From a virus, in the IMG/VR virus record IMGVR_UViG_3300037418_001469: a DNA stretch of 64,000 nt; one strand, given 5' to 3'. Below are positions 32,084-42,503 of the stretch, piece after piece (position 1 is the stretch's first letter; each line of letters opens with the position of its first letter). A model generated the notes under the pieces. The model worked only from the letters and a program-made list of their open reading frames with translations. It made no database searches and was not told the origin of the DNA. A program made the position numbers and the translations under genes.

Positions 32084-32521
32084 CTAATCGTAGTCAACAC
32101 CACTAAATTCATAGTCATATTCAGTTCCGTCTTCTCCCATAGCATCTTCGTAGTAATCATCGTCCGCATCATCAAATATGATTACTTCTTCGTGTTCCAG
32201 TGCACCTTTATGAACATTGTTTGTTCCTTTGCTGTTTTTCTTAGCTCTATTTTCGACCTCTTTGCTCATATTTTCTACCCACTTATCTAGTAGGTCGTCA
32301 TTGTTTATTATTTTCATAGTAGGTCTCTCATGGTGCTCATACACACTATCATAAAATGAGAACCAGTAAGCTAGTGCTACTTGAGAAGGATTCCAATCTG
32401 CTACTATTCCACCGAACAACGGTGAACCTGTATCCTTACTTGCTTTCCATCTTGCTCTCCATTCTGCTCCAACTTCCCCTTGCCCTCTAGCTATTTCTCT
32501 TAGAACCCCGTTCTGAGCCAA
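32084..32521 (-). CDS. tail assembly chaperone, C-terminal part (pre-TMP)
   Basis: position just before TMP; LREIAR..EWRARW..YDSVYE..DDDLLDKW; TTG start with no visible RBS. Confidence 0.6.
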   Translation of the reverse strand: MAQNGVLREIARGQGEVGAEWRARWKASKDTGSPLFGGIVADWNPSQVALAYWFSFYDSVYEHHERPTMKIINNDDLLDKWVENMSKEVENRAKKNSKGTNNVHKGALEHEEVIIFDDADDDYYEDAMGEDGTEYDYEFSGVDYD

Positions 32522-32743
32522 AAGACAATTGATAAGATTTTGAAGTTTGTTTCATAATCAATATTTATTCATACAGTGCGAAACATAGGATTTTTATGTG
32601 GGCAAGGTTGAATGTAGTTACTAATATATTAGGCTTGTTATTAAGTGCTTGCCTATGCACATTGAGATACCTTACTTACCCTCACTACATTCAATTAAGA
32701 ATTATCATATGTCTAGACACTATCGTATGACTCTATTGTTTTA

Positions 32744-33415
32744 TTACTCCTCGCTACTTTCTTCTTCAATTGTTTCTTCTTCTAATTCAGAGGGGTCAAC
32801 AAGGAAGTCGGCAGGAAGACCATTAATAAATGTTAGGAATTGATATACAATTAGGTTAACAGTTGATTGGTCCTCTTCTTCTTTAAAATCTTTATATGTA
32901 GCCCACACAGGCTTTCCTGTGTCAGCAAATTCTGTACACTTATGAATCAGAAATGACATTTTAGACTCGTCAGCCTTTGCCTCAGCAGTATTATTGAAAT
33001 ACTTTTGTTTCTCTTGCTGTAGACCAAACATCTCGTCACGCAATTCATTAATCTTAGCCTCAATAGGAGCAATATTCTTTGCTGTATCCATCTTAGATAA
33101 AATAACTAGTTGCTTGTCAATTTCTCCACGAATTTTTTCAATTCTATCATCGTCTTTACTAGTCCATAATTTTTTCTTTTTAATTAATTCATCCATCTCA
33201 CGATTAGTAGGAATATCGTCCATACATGCTTGGTTGAATACCTTTGAATATTCCCAATCAGCTAAACGATTTTCTTCTACCTTTGGGTAGCGAATTTGTA
33301 GCAATCCATACTTTTCACTATCAAATACACGCCTACCAGTTTGAACCTCTACCATCTTTTCACGCTTTTCCTTGTTGGACATTTCTTGGCTTTCTTTTTT
33401 CTTAGTCTCTGCCAT
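32744..33415 (-). CDS. tail assembly chaperone, N-terminal part
   Basis: between tail tube and TMP; helical with acidic C-terminus. Confidence 0.65.
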   Translation of the reverse strand: MAETKKKESQEMSNKEKREKMVEVQTGRRVFDSEKYGLLQIRYPKVEENRLADWEYSKVFNQACMDDIPTNREMDELIKKKKLWTSKDDDRIEKIRGEIDKQLVILSKMDTAKNIAPIEAKINELRDEMFGLQQEKQKYFNNTAEAKADESKMSFLIHKCTEFADTGKPVWATYKDFKEEEDQSTVNLIVYQFLTFINGLPADFLVDPSELEEETIEEESSEE

Positions 33416-33457
33416 TCCTTTGCACCTTCCTTTTAATTGATATGTAAAAACAAAAAA

Positions 33458-33481
33458 GAGACATTATTTGAAAATGTCTCT
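33458..33481 (-). terminator. intrinsic terminator
   Basis: GAGACATT/AATGTCTC stem followed by a U-tract on the minus strand. Confidence 0.6.
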
Positions 33482-33495
33482 CATGGTCAATTAGG

Positions 33496-33756
33496 CTATT
33501 CGTCATTCGTATTATCAAAGTCAATTTGCTCGTCATAACGAGGTGTATAGCTCACTTCGTATTTTTCGAGTTCTTCTGACATTTTACGAATTTCATCATT
33601 TCCTGACCTGAGAATCATCTTCCTGATTTTTGCAAATTGCTTAGGCTCAATGTTCGCCATCTCCATCAGAGATAAAGAGTCTTTAAAGACTTTCTTAATA
33701 CTCTTAGAGACTGCACGATTGAGTCGCTCTTTGTCCTCATGAATGCTCATTAGCAC
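33496..33756 (-). CDS. hypothetical protein
   Basis: AAGGAG RBS, 86 aa. Confidence 0.65.
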   Translation of the reverse strand: MLMSIHEDKERLNRAVSKSIKKVFKDSLSLMEMANIEPKQFAKIRKMILRSGNDEIRKMSEELEKYEVSYTPRYDEQIDFDNTNDE

Positions 33757-33860
33757 TACTCCTTTCCTTCTTAATCCTTTAAACCTATTTGTAGCCTTCT
33801 ATATTAAGTTTTTATATAGAACGTATGCACTAGCCCCAAAGAGGAACTAGTGCCATTATA

Positions 33861-35408
33861 TTACGATACTTGGTTAGCGTTTAAGTATTTGTCAGTGATT
33901 GTAATGTTGTGAGCCAAGAACTCAAAGTTTTGAGTAGCATCACTATCAACTCGAACATCCCATGATTCTGATTGTGGAATTAGGTTTTTAACATAGATAG
34001 TTTTAACCGCATACTTATCAGGGTGTCCAGTAGCTAATTTAGCACGCTTAACATCAGTTTCACGATAGATTTTAACTAGTAATCCCTTGTTCTTAACTAA
34101 ATCGTCAAGAGCAATTTCGTTAGCACTTGCTAAGTTGCTATATCCTGCGAAACGAGCCATTAGTTCTAAGTCTGAATCTTTAAGTTCTAGAGATACAGAT
34201 ACATTAACTGGTAATGCTAATGGACGGTCATATGGATATAAAGAACCTAACTCAGCTAGTGGCTCACGCTGTAATGGAACAGAGATACGAGCAGATTGTA
34301 CACGAGTTGTACGGTTAGCGTCTACAGTTCCGTTAGCATCTACTAGGTAAAGTTCGATTTGACCTTCTTTGATACCGCCTGCGATTTCAGGGTGTGGGTC
34401 TTCTAAGGCAGGAACAGGAGCAAAGAATTTTCCATTGTTTGCAGATGTGTAACGAGCCTTAATTAAATCGCCTGATGCAGATGCAGGAGTTAAAGTTAAA
34501 GTAGTGCCTGAAACAGTAAAATCAGTACCCTCAACTAGAACAGTACCATTTTTAGTTACTTTAAGCATTTTATTACCATTTGCTAAAGCAAATGGAGTGT
34601 TGCTTAATGTATGAGTAGCTGAGCCTGTTGATAGAAACTCGTCAACTACCATTTGAGATGCGCTGTTTAAGAACCAACGCTTGTTGTCAGTTTCTAAACG
34701 ATAAGATGCAGTTGCTACGCCTTGAACTTGGAATGAGAAGTCAATGTTATTAGCAAACACTCTCTCCATGTACATAGTACGAGCAATAGCGCCATTTAGT
34801 CCGTCACCTGATTGTTTAACTGGTACGAAAATATCAGCCTTAGCTAATTCGAAATCATTTACTGAAATAGACGCAAATGGTCTGCTATCAGTAATATCGG
34901 CTTGTTTAACAATACTTCCACTTGGAGTTAAACTAGCAATTTGAATTGCTCCCGCAGGCAGTGAACTTGCAATACCTACCTTAGCACTTGCGTTTGCACT
35001 TGATGCTACAGGGTTGAGGTAAACTAACTGATTTCCTGTTGCATTAGCAGTAATAGTAGCACCTTCAAATAGTACTGAGTGACCAGTTTTTGCATAGTAA
35101 CGACCTGGGTTTACTTTAAGTTGTAGAGTGCCTAACGCACCACCACTAGGAACTGCTTCTACTTGACAACCATATCCTTTATTTGATAATAGTCCCAATA
35201 GTTCATTTGTTCCATTTTCATTTGAATCAACGGATACATCAACTTGAGGTACATCGTCAACAATTTCAACAATATTCAAAGTACCTAGTTCTTTCATGTC
35301 TTCTGTAGTTAAACGAGAAGAACTACCTAATGCTTGCACACGATTTGCTTGAGCATCGTCAATAAATGGTGCAGTACCAGTATATCTTACACGACTAGCT
35401 TTTGCCAT
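33861..35408 (-). CDS. major tail tube protein
   Basis: synteny, strong RBS, highly expressed codon usage (CGT/GCT), 515 aa with inserted domains. Confidence 0.7.
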   Translation of the reverse strand: MAKASRVRYTGTAPFIDDAQANRVQALGSSSRLTTEDMKELGTLNIVEIVDDVPQVDVSVDSNENGTNELLGLLSNKGYGCQVEAVPSGGALGTLQLKVNPGRYYAKTGHSVLFEGATITANATGNQLVYLNPVASSANASAKVGIASSLPAGAIQIASLTPSGSIVKQADITDSRPFASISVNDFELAKADIFVPVKQSGDGLNGAIARTMYMERVFANNIDFSFQVQGVATASYRLETDNKRWFLNSASQMVVDEFLSTGSATHTLSNTPFALANGNKMLKVTKNGTVLVEGTDFTVSGTTLTLTPASASGDLIKARYTSANNGKFFAPVPALEDPHPEIAGGIKEGQIELYLVDANGTVDANRTTRVQSARISVPLQREPLAELGSLYPYDRPLALPVNVSVSLELKDSDLELMARFAGYSNLASANEIALDDLVKNKGLLVKIYRETDVKRAKLATGHPDKYAVKTIYVKNLIPQSESWDVRVDSDATQNFEFLAHNITITDKYLNANQVS

Positions 35409-35450
35409 TATTAAATCTCTCCTTTTTATTATAATTAAATGACTATACTA

Positions 35451-36149
35451 TTATATGTTAATAGTTAAATCTGCAAATATTTCTGTTAAAAACTTTGGTT
35501 TATCTCCTATATCTAAACTTCCGCCTTTACGGTAATTTATGCTATCGCAATACATATAGCCTATGATTTGATTTTCTTCATTAAAGTTGTCATTCTTACT
35601 ACCGTCAGTGTTAGTTGGAAATCCTATATTGTAATCTACAACATTCATAGTTCCTTCTTCAAACATATCGACCACCATATCGGTTATGTCGTTTCTTTCT
35701 CCGCCTCTTTCAGCCCACACTTCAACCACCCAAGTTGGATGCATCTCTTTTTTTGCATTTCCCAATTCATATGCTTCATCTTTTCTGTTCATCTCATATA
35801 GTGCTATGGCAGGATACTTAAAATCATCACTCTCAGGATTACTGCTTTCGTCATATATGTTAATTGGGCAGTATGTATAATCTACTTCGACTACATCCAT
35901 TGATGTTAACTGTGAATTAAATGATATAATTCCATTTATATAATCAATTGAATAATTGGAAATGTCTTTTAGTGAGCCATTAACATAAACATTAACAGGT
36001 GATTTAGTCTGTACACTATTATATTTAAGATTGTATATACTAAAATCTGCACTCTTTGGTCTTTCTTTGGCTCTATACCTAGATAATGCATCCTGTAGTT
36101 TATGATATAATGACAGCTCCACCAACCTAGTTTTCTCCATATGTAACAC
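35451..36149 (-). CDS. tail terminator/completion protein
   Basis: YPAIAL..YELGN..VEVWAE; position upstream of tail tube. Confidence 0.55.
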   Translation of the reverse strand: MLHMEKTRLVELSLYHKLQDALSRYRAKERPKSADFSIYNLKYNSVQTKSPVNVYVNGSLKDISNYSIDYINGIISFNSQLTSMDVVEVDYTYCPINIYDESSNPESDDFKYPAIALYEMNRKDEAYELGNAKKEMHPTWVVEVWAERGGERNDITDMVVDMFEEGTMNVVDYNIGFPTNTDGSKNDNFNEENQIIGYMYCDSINYRKGGSLDIGDKPKFLTEIFADLTINI

Positions 36150-36156
36150 CTCCTTA

Positions 36157-36876
36157 TTAATTATTCAAATAACTTTGTACTCCACGACCAAGAATTTCTA
36201 CTACTTCTTGTTGCGAACTTGCCAACCCATCTCTGAATACATGACCTGCTTTAATTCCTGGGTGCTCTCTATGTGAAGATAAATCTTTTGCCCTATTTTC
36301 TCCTAAAAGATTTAGCAATGATTTATTATTTACCATAAAATATCCTTTTTTACTACCTCCACCTTCTCCTCCAACAGGACCAACAGAAGGACCATACATG
36401 TAGGGCTTATCTCTTTTTGTGTAAGTAATTTTAAATTCAGATGGAACAGGTTGAGAATACCTGCCACTACCAAATTCAGCTAGTATCCATTTGGGCAATT
36501 GCTGTTCTTGTTTAAGTCTAAATACAACAATTCTACCTTTGCTTCCTACTATATGGGTCTGTGTTTGAAAGTTACGCCTAGAAAATACTCCCATATTCAT
36601 GTTGTTTAACTCAAATACTCCTATGGTTAGCTTTGATTGTTTCTGTGCTACATCTCCATGCTTTCCTTCTTCTGATATCAATTGGTGAAATGCTCCTGAT
36701 TGGTCATAGTCATATCCTGACTTACCACCATCGACAACAGCATCACCAACATGTCTACCGATAGCCCTTCCTGCCTCTTTACCTGCTTGTTGCAATTCTT
36801 TACTCTTCAACATTCCTTTGAACTTAGCAGACAAGTGTTTCTCTAATTCTTCAATATTAGTAAAAGTGCCTTTCAT
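36157..36876 (-). CDS. neck/tail completion protein (HK97 gp10-like)
   Basis: EFGSG...HPGIKA motif; synteny. Confidence 0.55.
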   Translation of the reverse strand: MKGTFTNIEELEKHLSAKFKGMLKSKELQQAGKEAGRAIGRHVGDAVVDGGKSGYDYDQSGAFHQLISEEGKHGDVAQKQSKLTIGVFELNNMNMGVFSRRNFQTQTHIVGSKGRIVVFRLKQEQQLPKWILAEFGSGRYSQPVPSEFKITYTKRDKPYMYGPSVGPVGGEGGGSKKGYFMVNNKSLLNLLGENRAKDLSSHREHPGIKAGHVFRDGLASSQQEVVEILGRGVQSYLNN

Positions 36877-36880
36877 GCTA

Positions 36881-37375
36881 TCACACCTTCAACTTAAGAG
36901 TGATTCCTATTTCGTAGAAATTTCCTTGTAGATACCCAGGTTGGAAACTTTTTACAACATATTTTCCGCCCTTCCATTGGAAATATTCATATTGGTCTAG
37001 GAAACTTTTAATATCTTGTTGCTCATCCATATTATATTTACTATCTATGTTAAGTATCTCGCTTATCTCCTTAGAGTCAATAGTTGCCAATATTTCGCCA
37101 TCTAACAGTCTACCTGTGTTTCCATATTCGAATCTAAAATCATCTGCTGTTTCAACTGAGGAAGGAATATCGTAATAGCTTTCTGTTACAATCTTTCCCT
37201 TTCCATTACAAGTGTCACAGTAAGGGTCAGTGGACTCTTTTCTGATAGGGTCATAACCACAATCAGGGCAATCAGTTTCACTTACCTTACATAGTCTTAG
37301 TATTTCATTTAAAACATGATTAAGTTCGCTTATGGAGTTTAGCATATTTCTAAGATTAGACTCAGGTATATTCAC
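36881..37375 (-). CDS. head closure-like protein with CxxC pairs
   Basis: CPDC...CDTCNGKG; neck position. Confidence 0.5.
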   Translation of the reverse strand: MNIPESNLRNMLNSISELNHVLNEILRLCKVSETDCPDCGYDPIRKESTDPYCDTCNGKGKIVTESYYDIPSSVETADDFRFEYGNTGRLLDGEILATIDSKEISEILNIDSKYNMDEQQDIKSFLDQYEYFQWKGGKYVVKSFQPGYLQGNFYEIGITLKLKV

Positions 37376-37380
37376 TTAAA

Positions 37381-37788
37381 TCACTCCATTCTTACTCCGT
37401 CTATTCTTCCACCGTTTTTAGCACGATATAAAAGTCTCTTGTACTCCTTATCTATTAATTCTAAGGTGTCTTTGTGGTCTGTGGACTGATTTGTATTGTC
37501 TAAGGTTAGTCTACCCTTGACCATTCTAAAATTGTCTCTGTCAGCCTTATCTTTGGTTCTTAGCTTTATAAGGTAATGAGCCTTGACGCAGAATAGATTT
37601 GCATCTTTTTTATCAGGAACTACATTGAAAGCGCCAAACGAGACTTCGAAACCTCTCTCCCAATCTACTTCTACACTTGCGACAGCATCCTCTATATATC
37701 CTATTAAAAGGTCGTCTGTAAAAGTAAAAGGTTCTTCTGTGTCTCCAATTCTCCTTCTTAGTACATTTATTACATCAAACATTTCCAT
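37381..37788 (-). CDS. head-tail adaptor
   Basis: LRRRIGDT..FTDD.L motif typical of connector proteins. Confidence 0.6.
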   Translation of the reverse strand: MEMFDVINVLRRRIGDTEEPFTFTDDLLIGYIEDAVASVEVDWERGFEVSFGAFNVVPDKKDANLFCVKAHYLIKLRTKDKADRDNFRMVKGRLTLDNTNQSTDHKDTLELIDKEYKRLLYRAKNGGRIDGVRME

Positions 37789-37803
37789 TATATACCACCT
37801 CCA

Positions 37804-38928
37804 TTATAATCCTACTGAGATACCGTTTGAGGTATTTGTGTTCCTTTCTGACGATGTTAGCTCCCTACTATATATTTTTAATGACTTAATATATCCTGCA
37901 AATGGAGCCGAATGCCCCATTTCTGGAAAGTTAAGACTTCCAATATCTATTGCATGTCCACTAGTATCTATATCAGTCAATATTGCAGTTGCAACTCTGT
38001 TAAATATAACAGAATCGTTTATATATAACTTCTCTGTATTAGTGGTTTTATTTCCCACATAATTAAGTTTGTATACCGTATTAGCTGACAAGGTAGTATA
38101 TGTTCCACCATCCATATCTGTTAGTGTTCCGTTATCTTTTATAGCAATTCCAAATGAACCATTGGATTCTTGATAACCAAAAGGTAGCATACTAGTACCA
38201 GTACCGCCAAAAGGAGCTTGGAAATACATTTCAACTTCAAATATGTCGCTAGTAACAGTATTAAAAGCAGGTAATGAATAATAGTTTTTAGCTGTTGCCA
38301 TAAAAGAAAAAGGTGGATTTGGAGGGTTAGATTCTCCATTAAAATAAATTCCTTTAGTTGCATCCTTAGTAACTGCACCTGTTGGGGTTGCATTATAGTT
38401 TCCGTTGAATGAAGGAGCTATATTACTCCACGAACTAGACGACCAACCTTGGTCAGCATGATAATATCCAATTAACCCATCTTTAACTATTTGAGAACTA
38501 GCACTAGGGTCTTGTTCGTATGGTGTCCAACCTAATGAGTTTTGACCATATATATTAACCCTGTTGCCTCCTTCTTGGTATAATTCAGAATAGTCTATGG
38601 TAGCAGTAATCCCTATTCCTGACATTACTGCACCTCCACTTTCTGCTATTGTCCCTGTTGTTTGGCTTGTACCCATAACATTTACAGACCAACTAGTTAC
38701 ATCAGTATCAAACTTGAAAGTAACAATCGCTCTGTCTATTCCTGATTTATTACTTATTTTAACATGGTCAACTGAGATGACCGTTACACTAGGAGTGGAG
38801 GTAGGGTTAGCAGGGACACCAGTAATGTTAAATACTAATTGCCCTGTCTCTGTCAATCCATTAAATATTCTTCTACCACGCTCATCTAATATAGAGGAAG
38901 TCCATCTGCCTCGTTCTGTGATTGGCAT
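37804..38928 (-). CDS. virion accessory protein, Ig-like plus LamG domain
   Basis: IVKDGLIGYY..LYIND..FAGYIKSLKIYSRELT. Confidence 0.65.
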   Translation of the reverse strand: MPITERGRWTSSILDERGRRIFNGLTETGQLVFNITGVPANPTSTPSVTVISVDHVKISNKSGIDRAIVTFKFDTDVTSWSVNVMGTSQTTGTIAESGGAVMSGIGITATIDYSELYQEGGNRVNIYGQNSLGWTPYEQDPSASSQIVKDGLIGYYHADQGWSSSSWSNIAPSFNGNYNATPTGAVTKDATKGIYFNGESNPPNPPFSFMATAKNYYSLPAFNTVTSDIFEVEMYFQAPFGGTGTSMLPFGYQESNGSFGIAIKDNGTLTDMDGGTYTTLSANTVYKLNYVGNKTTNTEKLYINDSVIFNRVATAILTDIDTSGHAIDIGSLNFPEMGHSAPFAGYIKSLKIYSRELTSSERNTNTSNGISVGL

Positions 38929-38943
38929 CTATTTTCACCTACC

Positions 38944-39765
38944 TTATAGACTTATTTCTCTAAAAGATATGGTTGAGGGCATTGAATTTCTTTCATAGTA
39001 GGGATGAGAAGAACTGCTTTGTCTAAAACCTACACTCGTCCTTAACCCCGAATCCCCATAGTACACATTAAATTGTCCCCCGATAACTCCTTGAGCAACT
39101 ACTGATGTAGCCATTTGCATAACAGCAGGAATAGTAATAGTGCCACCAGAAGCTATAGATAAACCAATTCCTGTTGTACCATAAACAGCACATTGTTGGG
39201 TGGCATTAGCATTAGGTGTTGGCTGTCTTCCTTGTGTGAGTGCATGTGTAATGACTGTATCAGTTGTAAAAGTAAGGTCTTTTAAAATTGTATTCGGTTT
39301 ACTTAGAGCAACTTTTGTGGGATACATAGTAAAAGCATAATAATCTAATTGAGTGTTTGTTTGGGTTGACCACAATTTTACTTCAATAATATCACCTACT
39401 TGGGCATTCACACTTTGGGTATTTACAAAACTATAAGTCCAGTTATTTCCTGCTGTAACTGCATTCGTGCCTGTAGCCATCTGCGTTCCATTTATAAAAG
39501 TTTTATATGTTAGTGTGCATGCAGTCACAGCTTTCCCTGCAACATGAATAATTGGAGCATTTCCCATAAATACAGGACTAGGAGTAAGGGTAGGTAAATC
39601 ATTATTTCCAACTGTAAAAGACACTTGTGCAGTAGCAGGTTCCGATGTTGATAATGTGACAGGACTTGAACTAAGATAAGTTTCTCTCGCAGAAGGAGTA
39701 TTGATTGTAAAAGTTTTTAATGTGCCTGTTGACACTTTACCTGTATCACCCCATAAAACTGTCAT
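38944..39765 (-). CDS. hypothetical beta-rich virion protein
   Basis: T/S-rich, translationally coupled within late operon. Confidence 0.55.
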   Translation of the reverse strand: MTVLWGDTGKVSTGTLKTFTINTPSARETYLSSSPVTLSTSEPATAQVSFTVGNNDLPTLTPSPVFMGNAPIIHVAGKAVTACTLTYKTFINGTQMATGTNAVTAGNNWTYSFVNTQSVNAQVGDIIEVKLWSTQTNTQLDYYAFTMYPTKVALSKPNTILKDLTFTTDTVITHALTQGRQPTPNANATQQCAVYGTTGIGLSIASGGTITIPAVMQMATSVVAQGVIGGQFNVYYGDSGLRTSVGFRQSSSSHPYYERNSMPSTISFREISL

Positions 39766-39971
39766 CTGTTAACAACTCCCCCGAAATCTGACATATCTAC
39801 TTCGGTTTCATTTGTATAAATAATTAATTTACTTTCATAGAAATCATATTCCCACCCATCAAGAGTTAAGCGTTCCGCTAGTTTACTTGACAGTAAATCA
39901 ACCGCTCCAACTTGCTCTAAATAGATTCCCATAGCTTCTAGGTATGGTTTACAATTTGTTAGTATAATCAT
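39762..39971 (-). CDS. hypothetical protein
   Basis: ATGA overlaps at both ends. Confidence 0.55.
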   Translation of the reverse strand: MIILTNCKPYLEAMGIYLEQVGAVDLLSSKLAERLTLDGWEYDFYESKLIIYTNETEVDMSDFGGVVNR

Positions 39972-40255
39972 TTTGTTTGTACTCCATCATAACCAATATT
40001 GTTATTCCCTGCATAGTTATTGAGTATCTGTAAGTATTGTGTATTCGTTAAATGAAAAACCGTACCTAGCCTTGCTCCTGTTGAAGAATCTGAGTCAAAT
40101 CCAATAACATTTGCGCCTTTACAGATACGTACAGTAACCGATTGGCTCCAATACAGATTATGAATAACCCATTCTTCACCTGTTGGCGGTTGAATAACTA
40201 ACATTCCACCATTGGCAATTGCTTGTAAATCTGCTTTAATATCTCCTACTGCCAT
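39968..40255 (-). CDS. hypothetical virion protein
   Basis: GAGG RBS; in operon. Confidence 0.6.
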   Translation of the reverse strand: MAVGDIKADLQAIANGGMLVIQPPTGEEWVIHNLYWSQSVTVRICKGANVIGFDSDSSTGARLGTVFHLTNTQYLQILNNYAGNNNIGYDGVQTK

Positions 40256-40268
40256 ATGCTTTCCTCCT

Positions 40269-40562
40269 CTAAATAAATGCTACTTTAAACGAATCTCTTT
40301 TTAACGATGGGCTTCCTGCCATCTCTCCATACCATTCATAATATAATTTCCCTCTAACATCTAGAGGTATCACATAGTCATAGAACCAGTTTCCTGTATC
40401 ACTATTATTAGATTGACTCAGTACAAATTCTGAAAGTTGTTTATATGATTGGTCATATATTTTTACTTTAACTATGTCAGGATTTTTAAGTAATCCATCG
40501 AAATCTCTAAAAGCACATTTTAATCTTATTGTGTTTCCGACTTGATAAATAACTTCTGCCAC
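40269..40562 (-). CDS. small Ig-like/BppU-like virion protein
   Basis: GNTIRL..F.D.DG.L.NP..V..KIYD..G..YDY. Confidence 0.55.
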   Translation of the reverse strand: MAEVIYQVGNTIRLKCAFRDFDGLLKNPDIVKVKIYDQSYKQLSEFVLSQSNNSDTGNWFYDYVIPLDVRGKLYYEWYGEMAGSPSLKRDSFKVAFI

Positions 40563-41107
40563 TATTCCTTCACCACTTCCGTCATTATTTTATTTATACG
40601 AGAGTTACTATCTATTTTCATATCTCTGTTAACATTAGAGGTAGTTGTATTTCTAGCCTCCGATGATATTGATAAATTGTTTTCTGTTTTTAATATGCTA
40701 ACCCCTGTATCTTTGGTGATACCTGACATCTCAATTTCATTAATACAAATCGAGTCTTCAATACTTAACCTTAAATAGTTTACAGAAGGAATTATTTGTA
40801 TTGTTTTTGAGGCTAATACTGAAAGGTTGTCTACCTCATCTTTAACCCTAGCATAGAACGTGACCCATCCATTATCAAAATTAGATAATGTCATCTTACC
40901 GATATATTCATTTGAATCATAAGAAAATATATAACTATGTTTATTTCCGTACTGGTCAATTATGTAGAAGTCTTGAAAACCATCAGACAGTATTTCGTCA
41001 GAAGTTATTACTATTTCCATTTCTGTATCTTTAGTTATGTAATTTGGTGCATTTATCACTATATCAGGAGATGTAGTATCTAACTCTAATAAAAAAAATC
41101 CTGCCAT
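40562..41107 (-). CDS. Ig-like virion protein
   Basis: N-terminal FFLLELDTTSP paralogous to 41184..41885. Confidence 0.55.
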   Translation of the reverse strand: MAGFFLLELDTTSPDIVINAPNYITKDTEMEIVITSDEILSDGFQDFYIIDQYGNKHSYIFSYDSNEYIGKMTLSNFDNGWVTFYARVKDEVDNLSVLASKTIQIIPSVNYLRLSIEDSICINEIEMSGITKDTGVSILKTENNLSISSEARNTTTSNVNRDMKIDSNSRINKIMTEVVKE

Positions 41108-41183
41108 TTGTCTTTCTCTCCTCCCTTTTTAACTAGATACCCTGCCTACTATCTTTGCAAGCAGGGCACTATTCTGTTTCTTA

Positions 41184-41885
41184 TTAAGATGACCAGTTTC
41201 CTGCTCCATCCTTAACGAAAATTTTTATAATCTTACTTCCATCTCCTGCACTAGCAGATTCTAGGTCAGCACCTTTAATGGTACAGTTAATAGGTGTGTT
41301 AGCAGAGAACGAACCCGTCGCTGACATATTTGTAGACCCTGCTGTAGTAGGAATTAGAGTTCCTGTAGATTGGTCTGCTCCACTAGCTGATACTACCTTA
41401 ATCTTGTATTCAACAAATGCAACATCTGATTGAAAACTAAATGATGATGTATTCTTTCCAGTTTGTTTGGAAATCTTACTAACATCAGGACCACTAATTG
41501 TAACAGTTGGTAATGTCATATCTAATATAATAGCATCTGATTGTTGAGCAGATTCATTGTTTACATCATCTCTTATTTTAAGATAGATAGTTTTATTTCC
41601 ATCCCCTGATGATAATTGGACTTGCTTAGTTGTCGCATATGTAATCCATATTGCATCAGCTTCTAGTGTAGTTGTAGCACCACCGTTAATTAGTCCTGCT
41701 GTCTTTGCCCATGATAAATCCATATCTCCCCAAAGTTTCATTTGGTAGTTAGTTGTAATTGAATCACTAGTTGAAATTGTGGCATTGATTAATTGCTGTG
41801 TAGCATACTGAGCACCTGATTCTAAGGATATAGACGGACTAGCAGGACCAGTTGTATCAAGAGTCAGCGTGAAAAAATTTGCCAT
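41184..41885 (-). CDS. Ig-like head decoration/structural protein
   Basis: LDTTGP..GDGNKTIYLKIRD..VKDGAGNWS repeated Ig-like motif. Confidence 0.6.
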   Translation of the reverse strand: MANFFTLTLDTTGPASPSISLESGAQYATQQLINATISTSDSITTNYQMKLWGDMDLSWAKTAGLINGGATTTLEADAIWITYATTKQVQLSSGDGNKTIYLKIRDDVNNESAQQSDAIILDMTLPTVTISGPDVSKISKQTGKNTSSFSFQSDVAFVEYKIKVVSASGADQSTGTLIPTTAGSTNMSATGSFSANTPINCTIKGADLESASAGDGSKIIKIFVKDGAGNWSS

Positions 41886-41906
41886 TTAAAATCACTCCTT
41901 AGCGTA

Positions 41907-42443
41907 CTAATTCAATTCTTTAATACGGTTTTTAATCAATTCGTATTTTTTATTACCTTTCATTCCTAATTCATCAGCAACAAGAAGTAGCTTTTCTAAT
42001 CTTGCAATATTTGAGATATTAGTTATCTCTCTTTCGATTGTTTTCCAGTGTTTTTCTAGGAAGTTAACAAGGTCTATTTTATTGTCATCTGTCTCTATTG
42101 CCTTACCTACTTCAATAGATTCAACTGCAATAGCTCTGTTTTTACTTGCGGTTTCAGGGTCATAAACAATATGGCTACGAGTTTCACCTTTGTCGTTTTT
42201 AGTTGTTTCTTTAACAACGGTGTCGCTGATTTCTTTTTTAGCTTCCTTAGACTCTTTTACGTCAGCAATAGAGACCTCTATTTGACCTGTCGCAATAAAA
42301 TATTCTATTTCTTTTTTTGTTGCGTCTGTTAATAAAATTGGATTAACTTCAAAAGTTTCTCCGTCTTCTAACAATAGAGATGACAGAATCATCCTACCTT
42401 TTGCTACATTTTTAATTATGAATTTATTTTTACCTTCTAACAT
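41907..42443 (-). CDS. hypothetical protein downstream of capsid
   Basis: likely start MLEGKNK at 42443 (AAAGGTGA RBS); the track start lies in the MCP terminator region. Confidence 0.55.
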   Translation of the reverse strand: MLEGKNKFIIKNVAKGRMILSSLLLEDGETFEVNPILLTDATKKEIEYFIATGQIEVSIADVKESKEAKKEISDTVVKETTKNDKGETRSHIVYDPETASKNRAIAVESIEVGKAIETDDNKIDLVNFLEKHWKTIEREITNISNIARLEKLLLVADELGMKGNKKYELIKNRIKELN

Positions 42444-42475
42444 TATATTCACCTTTCCTTTTCTAAATAGAAAAC

Positions 42476-42503
42476 TCACCCCCCTAGCTAGAGGGGCAGT
42501 GAG
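42476..42503 (-). terminator. terminator after major capsid gene
   Basis: CTCAC..CCCCT/AGGGG..GTGAG stem followed by TTTT on the minus strand. Confidence 0.6.

Noticed and set aside
32744-32830. Canonical -1 slippery heptamer at the end of the chaperone gene
   Set aside because: None found, and the downstream ORF is in the same frame 222 nt away
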